A stretch of DNA of 64,000 bases from Promethearchaeota archaeon (GTDB lineage: Archaea > Asgardarchaeota > Lokiarchaeia > Sigyniarchaeales > SOKP01). Shown here one piece after another: positions 9,747 to 18,461 of this stretch. A program made the position numbers and the translations under genes. The number at the start of each line of letters is the position of its first letter. The stretch's first letter is position 1. The stretch covers positions 31,403 through 95,402 of the forward strand of contig JAHPZI010000019.1 of assembly GCA_019058295.1 (NCBI GenBank), given 5' to 3'. The notes under the pieces are model-generated. The model searched no databases. It saw nothing but the letters and a program-made list of their open reading frames with translations, and was not told the DNA's origin.

Positions 9747-11975
9747 ATGACCGAAGGAGATAAAGCCGATGATACCGATGTTTCGTCCCCAAGATTTACA
9801 CTCAGAGTGCAAAAGGCCAAGAAACGTGATATTGGAAGGAATATTATTCGAATAGACCCTGAAACAATGGAAAAACTAGAGATTCAGACAGGGGATGTTA
9901 TTGCGTTAAATGGCAAAAAAGAAAGTGCCGGTATTGCGTGGCCTAGTTATCCTCAAGATAATGGTTTGGGAATTGTTCGAATCGATTCTAGATTAAGGAA
10001 AAATACCGGTACTAGTATTGATGATTCTATTGAGATTAGGAAAATAGATGCAAAAGTTGCACAAAATATCGTAATTGCTCCCGCCAGTGTTAAAATTAGA
10101 ACAAATCCTAGGTTTGAATCTTTTGTAAAAAGAAAATTAAATAATTATCCAGTTACGATTGATGATATTATTCTAATTTCAATAGGGATAAGTAGAGAAA
10201 TAACTTTTAAAGTTATTAGCTTGAGACCAAAGGGAATATGTGTTATAAAACCTGAGTCGTCTTTGCATATCAGCGAACATGTAACAGAAGACGAAGAAAG
10301 GGGTACTAATTATATCACGTATGAAGATGTTGGCGGTTTAGATAGAGAGATACAACGAGTGCGAGAAATGGTTGAATTGCCTTTACGTCATCCTTCTTTA
10401 TTTAAGCGCTTAGGTATAGATCCTCCAAAAGGGGTATTATTAAGAGGACCACCAGGTTGTGGAAAAACTTTATTAGCTAGAGCAGTTGCTAATGAAAGTG
10501 AAGCTCATTTTATATCTATAAATGGACCAGAGATTATGAGTAAATTTTATGGAGAATCTGAAAAAAAACTGCGAAAACTTTTTATCGAAGCGGAAGAAAA
10601 AAGTCCTTCAATAATTTTTATTGACGAAATTGATGCTATTGCTCCTAAAAGAGAGACTGTTACAGGAGAAGTTGAGCGAAGAGTAGTAGCACAATTATTA
10701 GCTTTAATGGATGGATTACATAGTAGAGGAAAAACTATTGTTATAGGTGCTACGAATAGACCTAACAGCTTAGATGAAGCTTTACGCCGTCCTGGACGGT
10801 TCGATCGTGAAATTGAAATAAAAGTTCCTAACGAAAAAGGTCGTCGAGAAATCTTTCAGATACACACTAGAAATATGCCGCTGGATAAAAGATTTTCAAT
10901 AAAAGATTACTCTCAAATAACCCATGGGTTTGTAGGGGCTGATATTTCAGCAGTATGCCGAGAGGCGGCTATGTCAGCTCTAAGAAGATATTTACCAAAA
11001 ATAGACTTAGAATCAGAATATATTGATCCCGAATTATTAGAGCAAATTCAAGTAACTAAAAACGATTTTAACCAAGCGTTAAAGGAAGTAATGCCTTCTG
11101 GAATAAGAGAAGTATTTGTAGAGGTACCGAATGTAACTTGGGAACAAATAGGTGGATTAGATGATTTGAAGCAATTATTAGTAGAAGCGGTAGATTGGCC
11201 CTTATCTCATCCAAAAATATTTAAGAGGATGGGTATTACTCCTCCAAAAGGAATTTTACTTTATGGACCTCCCGGATGCGGAAAAACTTTATTAGCAAGA
11301 GCGGTCGCGACGGAAAGCAAAGCAAATTTTATCTCTATTAAAGGGCCAGAATTATTGTCAAAATGGGTTGGAGAAAGTGAAAAAGCAATAAGAGAAGTTT
11401 TTAGAAAAGCTAAAATGGCAGCACCCTGCATTATCTTTTTTGATGAATTTGATTCTATTGCTCCCTCTCGAGGTCGACACACATCAGATTCAGGTGTGTC
11501 TGAAAAAGTTTTATCTCAATTTCTTACTGAATTAGACGGATTGGAAGTAAATAAAGATATTGTAGTTATAGCAGCATCAAATCGTCCCGATATATTAGAC
11601 CCTGCTCTGATTAGACCGGGAAGAATTGACCGAATTTTATTAGTTCCAGCCCCAAACGAGAAAGGAACGTTAGAAATCTTGAAAATTTATACTAAGGATA
11701 TGCCCTTAGCAAGCAATTTAAAACTTACTAATCTAAATCAAATGGTTAAAGGTTTTTCTGGTGCCGATATAGAAACTTTTTGTCGTGAAGCTGCTATGAT
11801 CGCTCTAAGGGAAAATATTCGAGCGCGAAAAATCTCTGAAGATCATTTTAGGGAGGCAAGAAAATTAGTTAATCCAAGCATTACTCAAGAGATAATTGAT
11901 TGGTACACAAATTTCGGAGAACGATTAAAAAGACGGCAATTAGATCAATCAAAAGAAGATAGATTATTTGTATAA
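9747..11975 (+). CDS. cdc48: Cdc48/p97/VAT AAA+ ATPase
   Basis: N domain plus two AAA modules (GPPGCGKT twice, IDEID/FDEFD, RPGRFDR/RPGRIDR). Confidence 0.97.
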   Translation: MTEGDKADDTDVSSPRFTLRVQKAKKRDIGRNIIRIDPETMEKLEIQTGDVIALNGKKESAGIAWPSYPQDNGLGIVRIDSRLRKNTGTSIDDSIEIRKIDAKVAQNIVIAPASVKIRTNPRFESFVKRKLNNYPVTIDDIILISIGISREITFKVISLRPKGICVIKPESSLHISEHVTEDEERGTNYITYEDVGGLDREIQRVREMVELPLRHPSLFKRLGIDPPKGVLLRGPPGCGKTLLARAVANESEAHFISINGPEIMSKFYGESEKKLRKLFIEAEEKSPSIIFIDEIDAIAPKRETVTGEVERRVVAQLLALMDGLHSRGKTIVIGATNRPNSLDEALRRPGRFDREIEIKVPNEKGRREIFQIHTRNMPLDKRFSIKDYSQITHGFVGADISAVCREAAMSALRRYLPKIDLESEYIDPELLEQIQVTKNDFNQALKEVMPSGIREVFVEVPNVTWEQIGGLDDLKQLLVEAVDWPLSHPKIFKRMGITPPKGILLYGPPGCGKTLLARAVATESKANFISIKGPELLSKWVGESEKAIREVFRKAKMAAPCIIFFDEFDSIAPSRGRHTSDSGVSEKVLSQFLTELDGLEVNKDIVVIAASNRPDILDPALIRPGRIDRILLVPAPNEKGTLEILKIYTKDMPLASNLKLTNLNQMVKGFSGADIETFCREAAMIALRENIRARKISEDHFREARKLVNPSITQEIIDWYTNFGERLKRRQLDQSKEDRLFV

Positions 11976-12090
11976 AATTAAAAAATTTAATTAAAAAGCT
12001 ATTATTTTTAAATTTATTACTTAAATCTATTCCTAAATTTCTTATATTTTCTAAATAGATCTAAAAATTAAACACCTATGGTGAAATTTT

Positions 12091-12363
12091 ATCGAATCAT
12101 ATCGTTGGAACCAAAAACCAATTTTGAATATAATTATTGAGTTGCTTCTAAAAAATAAAGGAGAGATGTTAGATAAAAGAATGGAAGAATTACTTAAAAA
12201 AGAATTCCCATTCATTAACACATTAGTCTTAGAAGAAATCTTCATGAAGCTGGAAACCATGAACATAATAAATGTTTTCCGAGTCTCAAAAACGAAAAAA
12301 ATGATTGTTCTCAATAAAAATAACGAAAAAATAAACGAGCCCTTGATGCGCGAACTGCTTTAA
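12091..12363 (+). CDS. Small winged-helix protein downstream of cdc48 (start possibly ATC 12091; ORF track uses TTG 12124)
   Basis: W..KP.LNIIIELL..KG...D...L...F.......LMKLE..II.V pattern resembles the small wHTH often encoded after archaeal cdc48. The frame is open back to 12085. Confidence 0.7.
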   Translation: MESYRWNQKPILNIIIELLLKNKGEMLDKRMEELLKKEFPFINTLVLEEIFMKLETMNIINVFRVSKTKKMIVLNKNNEKINEPLMRELL

Positions 12364-13890
12364 CTAATTGGCTTGTTTATTTTGCCAATTTAAACAGACT
12401 TGAGACAATGAAACATCCTCAATTTTCGATTTATATTCTCTTTCTCTTATATCAATAAAAATCGGATAATTAACAGCATTTCCCGTTAATAACATTTCCC
12501 CGACTCCTAAACTAGAGATCATATCAGCATATCCTTTAGAAATTGCTTCTGAACTGTCCATAAGATGTTTTAAATCGTAAGGATTTTTTATATTTAATAT
12601 CATTTTTGAATTTAATTGAGAAAGGGCAGTAGAGCTCAATCTTTTAGGTCTCTGACTTATGAGGCATAAGCATGCCATAAACTTTCTACCTTCTCGCGCG
12701 ATGGTTTCTATTATTGATTTTGATATAGCTCTTGAATGTGCAGCCTCAGGACAAAATTGATGAGCTTCTTCTATAATTAATAAGAATGGAGGTATTTTAT
12801 TGAGTCTTCTAAGATAAAATAATCTTTTGCATAAATAATCAACAATTATTTGTTTTTTTCTAATATTGGTTTCATTGGCTAAATTAAAAATGGATAATTC
12901 TCCTTGTTTTACAATGTTATTGATTATAGGATTCTCTTTAGGGCCGAATAAATTTAACCGATTTAATTCTGTTAACCATCCTATTAATGCTTGTTTTGTA
13001 TTTTTACCTACTTGTGTATCACTATCAATAATATCAATTAAATCATGTAAAGTGAACCCTCCTTTTTTCTTATTATCACTTTTTAGTTTTTGAATATAAT
13101 TAGAGAGTTCGCGAATTTGAACATTAGAAATTTGTTCTTGATATTTCTTAAATGACCAAGCGTTTAATTTTGGGACTCCAATCTGCATGTATGAAATATT
13201 TTGTATTTTAACTTTATCTTTTAATTCATTTATTTCATTCAGATATGTGTATTCTCCATGTACATCAATAAGAATTATTGCCGGTGTACCCATTTTTCCA
13301 TTTCGATTTAATAATTCCTCAATTATTACTGATATTAAATAACTTTTTCCACCTCCAGAAATAGAAAGAACTGCAAAGTGTTTATTAAATAGACGATTCA
13401 TATTGATTTTAGCTTCGAAATTTGAAGTTTTAAATTTTCCTATATTCAATCCCCTATCAATATCAAATCCAACGAAAATATTTAAGATATCTTCCTCTAC
13501 TCTATGTACTTCCGCTCCTGGACTTGCTGGAAAGGTCATTCTTTGAATCCTTTTAATCTTTTTCTGCTGCTCATTTTCGAATTCAATAATACCTAAACAT
13601 TTAACAATAGCAATCGCAAACTCAAAATCTTCACTGGGAAAAAGTCCTTTCAAAATATTTGGATTATTATTGCTATTATAGGCTTTTATTGTTAACGCAT
13701 CGGAAAAATATTCGTTCAGTAGTATAATTTTTTCAATTATGCCAACCAAAAAACCTTCAACTGAACGAGTGTAAACAAATAATCCTTTCTTTACAACCAT
13801 TCCATCTCTTCTTTTATTTATGACAAAAGGGAATTTGGAAACATCTGGTAATTGGAGATAATTAAAAACAATTCCAACTTTGAATGACAT
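12364..13890 (-). CDS. HerA/FtsK-family ATPase (HAS barrel + DUF87), stand-alone
   Basis: HFAVLSISGGGKS Walker A, DVHGEY, EEAHQF Walker B, REGRKF, SQRP and D in NPYDL. Confidence 0.9.
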   Translation of the reverse strand: MSFKVGIVFNYLQLPDVSKFPFVINKRRDGMVVKKGLFVYTRSVEGFLVGIIEKIILLNEYFSDALTIKAYNSNNNPNILKGLFPSEDFEFAIAIVKCLGIIEFENEQQKKIKRIQRMTFPASPGAEVHRVEEDILNIFVGFDIDRGLNIGKFKTSNFEAKINMNRLFNKHFAVLSISGGGKSYLISVIIEELLNRNGKMGTPAIILIDVHGEYTYLNEINELKDKVKIQNISYMQIGVPKLNAWSFKKYQEQISNVQIRELSNYIQKLKSDNKKKGGFTLHDLIDIIDSDTQVGKNTKQALIGWLTELNRLNLFGPKENPIINNIVKQGELSIFNLANETNIRKKQIIVDYLCKRLFYLRRLNKIPPFLLIIEEAHQFCPEAAHSRAISKSIIETIAREGRKFMACLCLISQRPKRLSSTALSQLNSKMILNIKNPYDLKHLMDSSEAISKGYADMISSLGVGEMLLTGNAVNYPIFIDIREREYKSKIEDVSLSQVCLNWQNKQAN

Positions 13891-14107
13891 TATTTTTTTA
13901 GGAAAGAAATTTAAGTTATTTTATGTACTTGACTTTAATTATAAAGACGATTGAATTTAAAGAAAATAAGAGTAGTAATTTTCTGACTTTTACTTGAAAT
14001 TAAAAAAGAGTAAAAAATTTATGATTCTAGTTTTCTTCTTCTTTTGGAGATTTTTCTAACGGGAAAAAAAAGGAAAAAATAAAATATTTCTTCTATTTTT
14101 GAATGGC

Positions 14108-14704
14108 TTATATTGTTTTGAATGAATCTTCTTCTTCTTCATCTTCAAGCGTATATATCAGTCTAATGATGAGAGCGTAGCCATTGAACCAAAAATAGAA
14201 GAATCCAACAACTAATCCAAAAACCATGAATATAAGAAGTGCTACAAATAACAGGATTTGCCCATCTGAAAAATCTTGTAAGAAAGTAAAAGAAACTTCG
14301 ATAAAGAGTTCATAAAAGAAGGCAACAACTATACCAATAATAATAGCAAATATACTTACCAACAATGAAATGGTAAAAATTTGTACACTACGGTTATTTT
14401 TATATTTAGAGTGTAATTTACGCTCCCGAAAAAGTGTTCTTAAAAAAAATGATCTCCCTTTTGTACTCATTCCAATACCAAACACTATTAAAATAAATAA
14501 CCCAGCAAATAATGCGCCAATTATTGCGATCTGAATTCCTAGATTTTGTTCTTGAAATAATTCCAACTTTCCTTCTGCCATAATTAGGTCTGCAATTGTA
14601 TAAACCACTCCACCAATGGTTATAATGCTTATAATAACTATACATATATAAAATATAGTTGCGATGAGTTTCTGAGTTTTTGAATATGTAACTGTCTCAT
14701 TCAT
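14108..14704 (-). CDS. 4-TM membrane protein of unknown function (paralog of next gene)
   Basis: Four hydrophobic segments; shares LG.QIAIIG and WFNGY.LIIRL.YTLE with 14749..15342. Confidence 0.8.
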   Translation of the reverse strand: MNETVTYSKTQKLIATIFYICIVIISIITIGGVVYTIADLIMAEGKLELFQEQNLGIQIAIIGALFAGLFILIVFGIGMSTKGRSFFLRTLFRERKLHSKYKNNRSVQIFTISLLVSIFAIIIGIVVAFFYELFIEVSFTFLQDFSDGQILLFVALLIFMVFGLVVGFFYFWFNGYALIIRLIYTLEDEEEEDSFKTI

Positions 14705-14748
14705 TTAATTTACCCTTTATAATATCATTTATATTTAATATTATTCCT

Positions 14749-15342
14749 TTAATCTTCTTCTTCAAGCGTATATAACAATCTAATGATAAGACCATAGCCG
14801 TTGAACCACATATAGAGGAGTGCAAGTGCTAATATAGTAATTATCAAATATAAGATACTGATTATCAAAGCTATTTGTCCTCCGCTTAGATTTTCAGTAA
14901 GACCTGCTATGGAAAATTCCTGACCACCGACAAGTGACCGAAATACCTCATAAATAATAGATATTACAATTCCTATTATTATAGCAAATAAACTTATCAT
15001 TAAAGCTCCAGCTGCAATTTTTACAGTTTTTCTATTCTTAAATTTATCCTCTAGCTCTATTGGTCTAAAAATTATATTTAATATTACGGTAGTACCTTTT
15101 TTAAACAAACCATAAAATAAAATCAATAGGAAAAAGAGTGCTGCTAAAATTCCCCCAATAATCGCTATTTGCAACCCAAGACTAAGCCTTAGGAAAAGCT
15201 CCGTTTTACCCTGTGCCATAATAATATCTAGTAAAGTCCATATTGTTGATCCTATAATCATAATAAATGCTATTACAAAGCTTACATAGAAAATTGTTCC
15301 TATTATTTTTTGTCTTCCCGTGTATTGTTTTATATCAGTCAT
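14749..15342 (-). CDS. 4-TM membrane protein of unknown function (paralog of previous gene)
   Basis: Same architecture and shared motifs; ATG at 15342 preferred over TTG 15351. Confidence 0.8.
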   Translation of the reverse strand: MTDIKQYTGRQKIIGTIFYVSFVIAFIMIIGSTIWTLLDIIMAQGKTELFLRLSLGLQIAIIGGILAALFFLLILFYGLFKKGTTVILNIIFRPIELEDKFKNRKTVKIAAGALMISLFAIIIGIVISIIYEVFRSLVGGQEFSIAGLTENLSGGQIALIISILYLIITILALALLYMWFNGYGLIIRLLYTLEEED

Positions 15343-15433
15343 AATTTTCAAACTAAAATATTATTTTATTATTGAAAAATTACCTTTTAAGATATTTAAA
15401 ATTGTTGTATAATTTTGAAAAAAAATGAAGCTA

Positions 15434-16969
15434 TTAATCAGAATCTATAATCTTGGTTAAATCATCAAAACTTTTATACAAATTATGGCTTTTTAATAAG
15501 TCATAAAAATCACACGAAAAATTATAAATCTTATTATAATAAGCGTGTCTATTTTCATTGGGAAGCCATTTTTTATCAACTTTACATAAACTTTCTGCTG
15601 CTTTTGATATATCAGGAAATAATCCTGCTCCAGAAGCCGCTAATATAGCAGCTCCCAAGGAAGTTGCTTCCTCAATTATATTTCTTACACAAGTAATTCC
15701 TAATACATCAGCGTAAATCTGATTCCAGATATCTGAACGAGCTCCTCCACCAGTAAGCAGCAATTCCCTAGGTTCAATTCCTAATTCTTTAAAAACTTCA
15801 ACATTTTTCTTTAATTCATATGCCACGCCTTCAAATACAGCCCTATAAAGATCCTTCCTTTCATGTCCTAACGATAACCCAAATAGAATTCCCTTAGCAT
15901 AAGGATTCCAGTGCGGGGCCCCAGCACCAACTAAATGTGGAATAAATAGAAGACCATTTGCTCCCATTGGAGATTTTTGGACTTCAATATCTATTAACTC
16001 ATAAGGATCTTGTCCTTCTTCAGCGTTCATAATTTCTGCATGTCCAATTTTATCTCTAAACCACCGAAGGCTTGCCCCTGAGGTAAATATACTGGCTTCT
16101 TGAACCCAAGCACCAGGAATAGCATGGCAACTACATAGAACCCTTTTTTTAGGATCTAAATTAGGTTCCTTTAAATAAGCAAGAATAAAACTACCTGTGC
16201 CTGTTGTACATTTAATTTCACCAGGAGAAACTACACCTACACCTAAAGCAGCTGATTGTTGATCTCCTGCGCCTGTTATGACCAAGGTTTTTTTATCAAA
16301 ATCAGTTTCATCAGAGATAATTTCACCAATATCAACACCACTTTCAAATGCTTCTGGCATTTTATCAATATCTAACTCTAATTCAGAGGCTATGAATTCA
16401 GAATATTTTAAGTTATTAATATCAAATAACATAGTCCTACTCGCATTTGAATGATCAGTGACGAATTTTCCTGTTAACTTATAAATAATATAATCAGCTA
16501 CAAGAAGAAATTTATGAGCTTTATTATAGATCTCGGGCTTTTTTTCCTTAAACCACATGATTTTTGAAATACTGAAATATGGATCAATAGTAAGACCTGT
16601 AGTTTCATAGATTTTCTCAATCCCAATCTTTTCCTTGATTTGATTACATTGTTCTGTGGTACGTCGGTCTTGCCAAACTAAGGCATTATGAAGCGGAATA
16701 CCCTCTTTATCAACCGGTACAATGGTCTCCCGTTGATTAGTTACTGAAACACTCACAATTTCGGTTTTATCGATTCCACTTTTCCGTATCGCAGCCTCAA
16801 TCGTTTTTTTAATCGAATTCCACCATGCATTGGCATCCTGCTCCACATAAGAAGGTGTAGGATAAAAACTCTCCCATTCTTGATAATCACTTGCTATTAT
16901 GGTTCCGGCAAGATCAAAAATATAAGTTCGACATCCAGTAGTTCCTAAATCTAAGCTCGCAACAAACAT
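15434..16969 (-). CDS. FGGY-family carbohydrate kinase (xylulokinase/glycerol kinase-like)
   Basis: DLGTT, TNQRET, WQDRRT, GDQQS, TGTGSF and GAPHW motifs. Substrate not determinable. Confidence 0.9.
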   Translation of the reverse strand: MFVASLDLGTTGCRTYIFDLAGTIIASDYQEWESFYPTPSYVEQDANAWWNSIKKTIEAAIRKSGIDKTEIVSVSVTNQRETIVPVDKEGIPLHNALVWQDRRTTEQCNQIKEKIGIEKIYETTGLTIDPYFSISKIMWFKEKKPEIYNKAHKFLLVADYIIYKLTGKFVTDHSNASRTMLFDINNLKYSEFIASELELDIDKMPEAFESGVDIGEIISDETDFDKKTLVITGAGDQQSAALGVGVVSPGEIKCTTGTGSFILAYLKEPNLDPKKRVLCSCHAIPGAWVQEASIFTSGASLRWFRDKIGHAEIMNAEEGQDPYELIDIEVQKSPMGANGLLFIPHLVGAGAPHWNPYAKGILFGLSLGHERKDLYRAVFEGVAYELKKNVEVFKELGIEPRELLLTGGGARSDIWNQIYADVLGITCVRNIIEEATSLGAAILAASGAGLFPDISKAAESLCKVDKKWLPNENRHAYYNKIYNFSCDFYDLLKSHNLYKSFDDLTKIIDSD

Positions 16970-17063
16970 AACACTAATCCTAATTATTTTTAAATTATAA
17001 AATTAATAAAAAGCTATTGTTTTTAAATCTCTTTTATTGTTAAATAACATTTGGGTAGAATTC

Positions 17064-18449
17064 CTACTTTTCAGATCTTACATTTTCTAGTTTTTTTGGA
17101 TGTAGCTCTTTAAGATCCCTTTTAATCTGTTGAACTCTCTCTTTGGTATATGGATAGAAATATAGACATATAAGCATCCCAATAAGTGCTAGAGCAGGGA
17201 AGAAGACCATTATTAATTTTATTCCAAAAATAACATCTGCGTCAGGATTAGGTGTATAAGTCCCCCAACCAGTTGTAGTGAAGACCATCGCCACGGTTAC
17301 AACAGCTAAGATCATTGCGAGTCTCATAAAAAAGGTTGTTATCCCAAAAAAAGTACCTTCACGTCTGACTCCTGTTTTGAGCTCGTCTTCATCAACCACA
17401 TCCGCTATGATTAGATAAATGAAATAAAGGATACCCCCAAATGTAAAACCAATAAAGATGAAATTGATCAAAGCGGCCTCATAACTCGAAATTAAAAGGA
17501 TTGGAATTGAAGCAAATAAGAAAGCTATCAATGAAACCGCAAAAGCTTTTCTACTTCCTAATTTTAAGTCTAATTTATACCAAAATGCTACACTTATGAT
17601 TCCAACTAGAAAAAGCAAAGCCATTAGCATCGAAATTCGAAAAGCATCTCTTACTCCCAGTATATGGTAAGCATAAAGTGGTATAATCACTCCAAAAGTC
17701 AAAAGGATATACTCGAATAGAAAGTACATTATAGTATAAAGAACAAAACCCCTATTCTTTAAAGTATATCTCATCCCTTCAATGAAACCAAAACTATGTT
17801 GATGATCTAGTCGAAATTCTTCCCTTTCTTTTACACCATAAATAAGAGAGAAAATAAAAGTTGCTCCGATAATTATTGAAGTTACAATACCATTAAGCAA
17901 ATATCCCTCTCTCTCTGAAATATCTCCAATAAAAAGTCCAGGGATTATAAAAGCCATTATCAATCCAACTGTACTGAGTATCTGCTTAATTGTATTTACT
18001 TCTGCTCTATCTTCTTCGGTACTATATAATTCTGGGAATAAAGCATCATAGGGAAGCGCAACCATCGAGTAAAAAGTATCATACAAGATGAGAATTAAAA
18101 GTAAATAAAGAAAAGTACTAAAGTCATCACCCGCAGGTGGTATCCAAACAATGATTTCAATAATGATTACGGGTATAAATCCTATCATAATATATGGTTT
18201 TCTGCGCCCCCATCGAGTGTGAGTACGATCCGAGAGATATCCTACTAAAGGATCATTAAATGCGTTCCAAAAGCTCCATATAAACACTGCTAAAAAAATA
18301 TATGAGATTGGAAGCCTTACTACTACAAAATAATAAGTAAAAATCCATGTACTAAATGCACTGTTGATGAACCAAACCGCAAAACTACCCAATCCAAAAC
18401 TCCATTTTTGAAGTTTTCCAAATTCCTGTATTTCTGTATGTTTTTCCAT
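17064..18449 (-). CDS. MFS glycoside-pentoside-hexuronide (MelB-like) symporter
   Basis: NAFNDPLVGYLSDRT.TRWGRRKPY and DVVDEDE..TG.RREG motifs; about 12 TM segments. Confidence 0.92.
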   Translation of the reverse strand: MEKHTEIQEFGKLQKWSFGLGSFAVWFINSAFSTWIFTYYFVVVRLPISYIFLAVFIWSFWNAFNDPLVGYLSDRTHTRWGRRKPYIMIGFIPVIIIEIIVWIPPAGDDFSTFLYLLLILILYDTFYSMVALPYDALFPELYSTEEDRAEVNTIKQILSTVGLIMAFIIPGLFIGDISEREGYLLNGIVTSIIIGATFIFSLIYGVKEREEFRLDHQHSFGFIEGMRYTLKNRGFVLYTIMYFLFEYILLTFGVIIPLYAYHILGVRDAFRISMLMALLFLVGIISVAFWYKLDLKLGSRKAFAVSLIAFLFASIPILLISSYEAALINFIFIGFTFGGILYFIYLIIADVVDEDELKTGVRREGTFFGITTFFMRLAMILAVVTVAMVFTTTGWGTYTPNPDADVIFGIKLIMVFFPALALIGMLICLYFYPYTKERVQQIKRDLKELHPKKLENVRSEK

Positions 18450-18461
18450 GATGATAATCTC

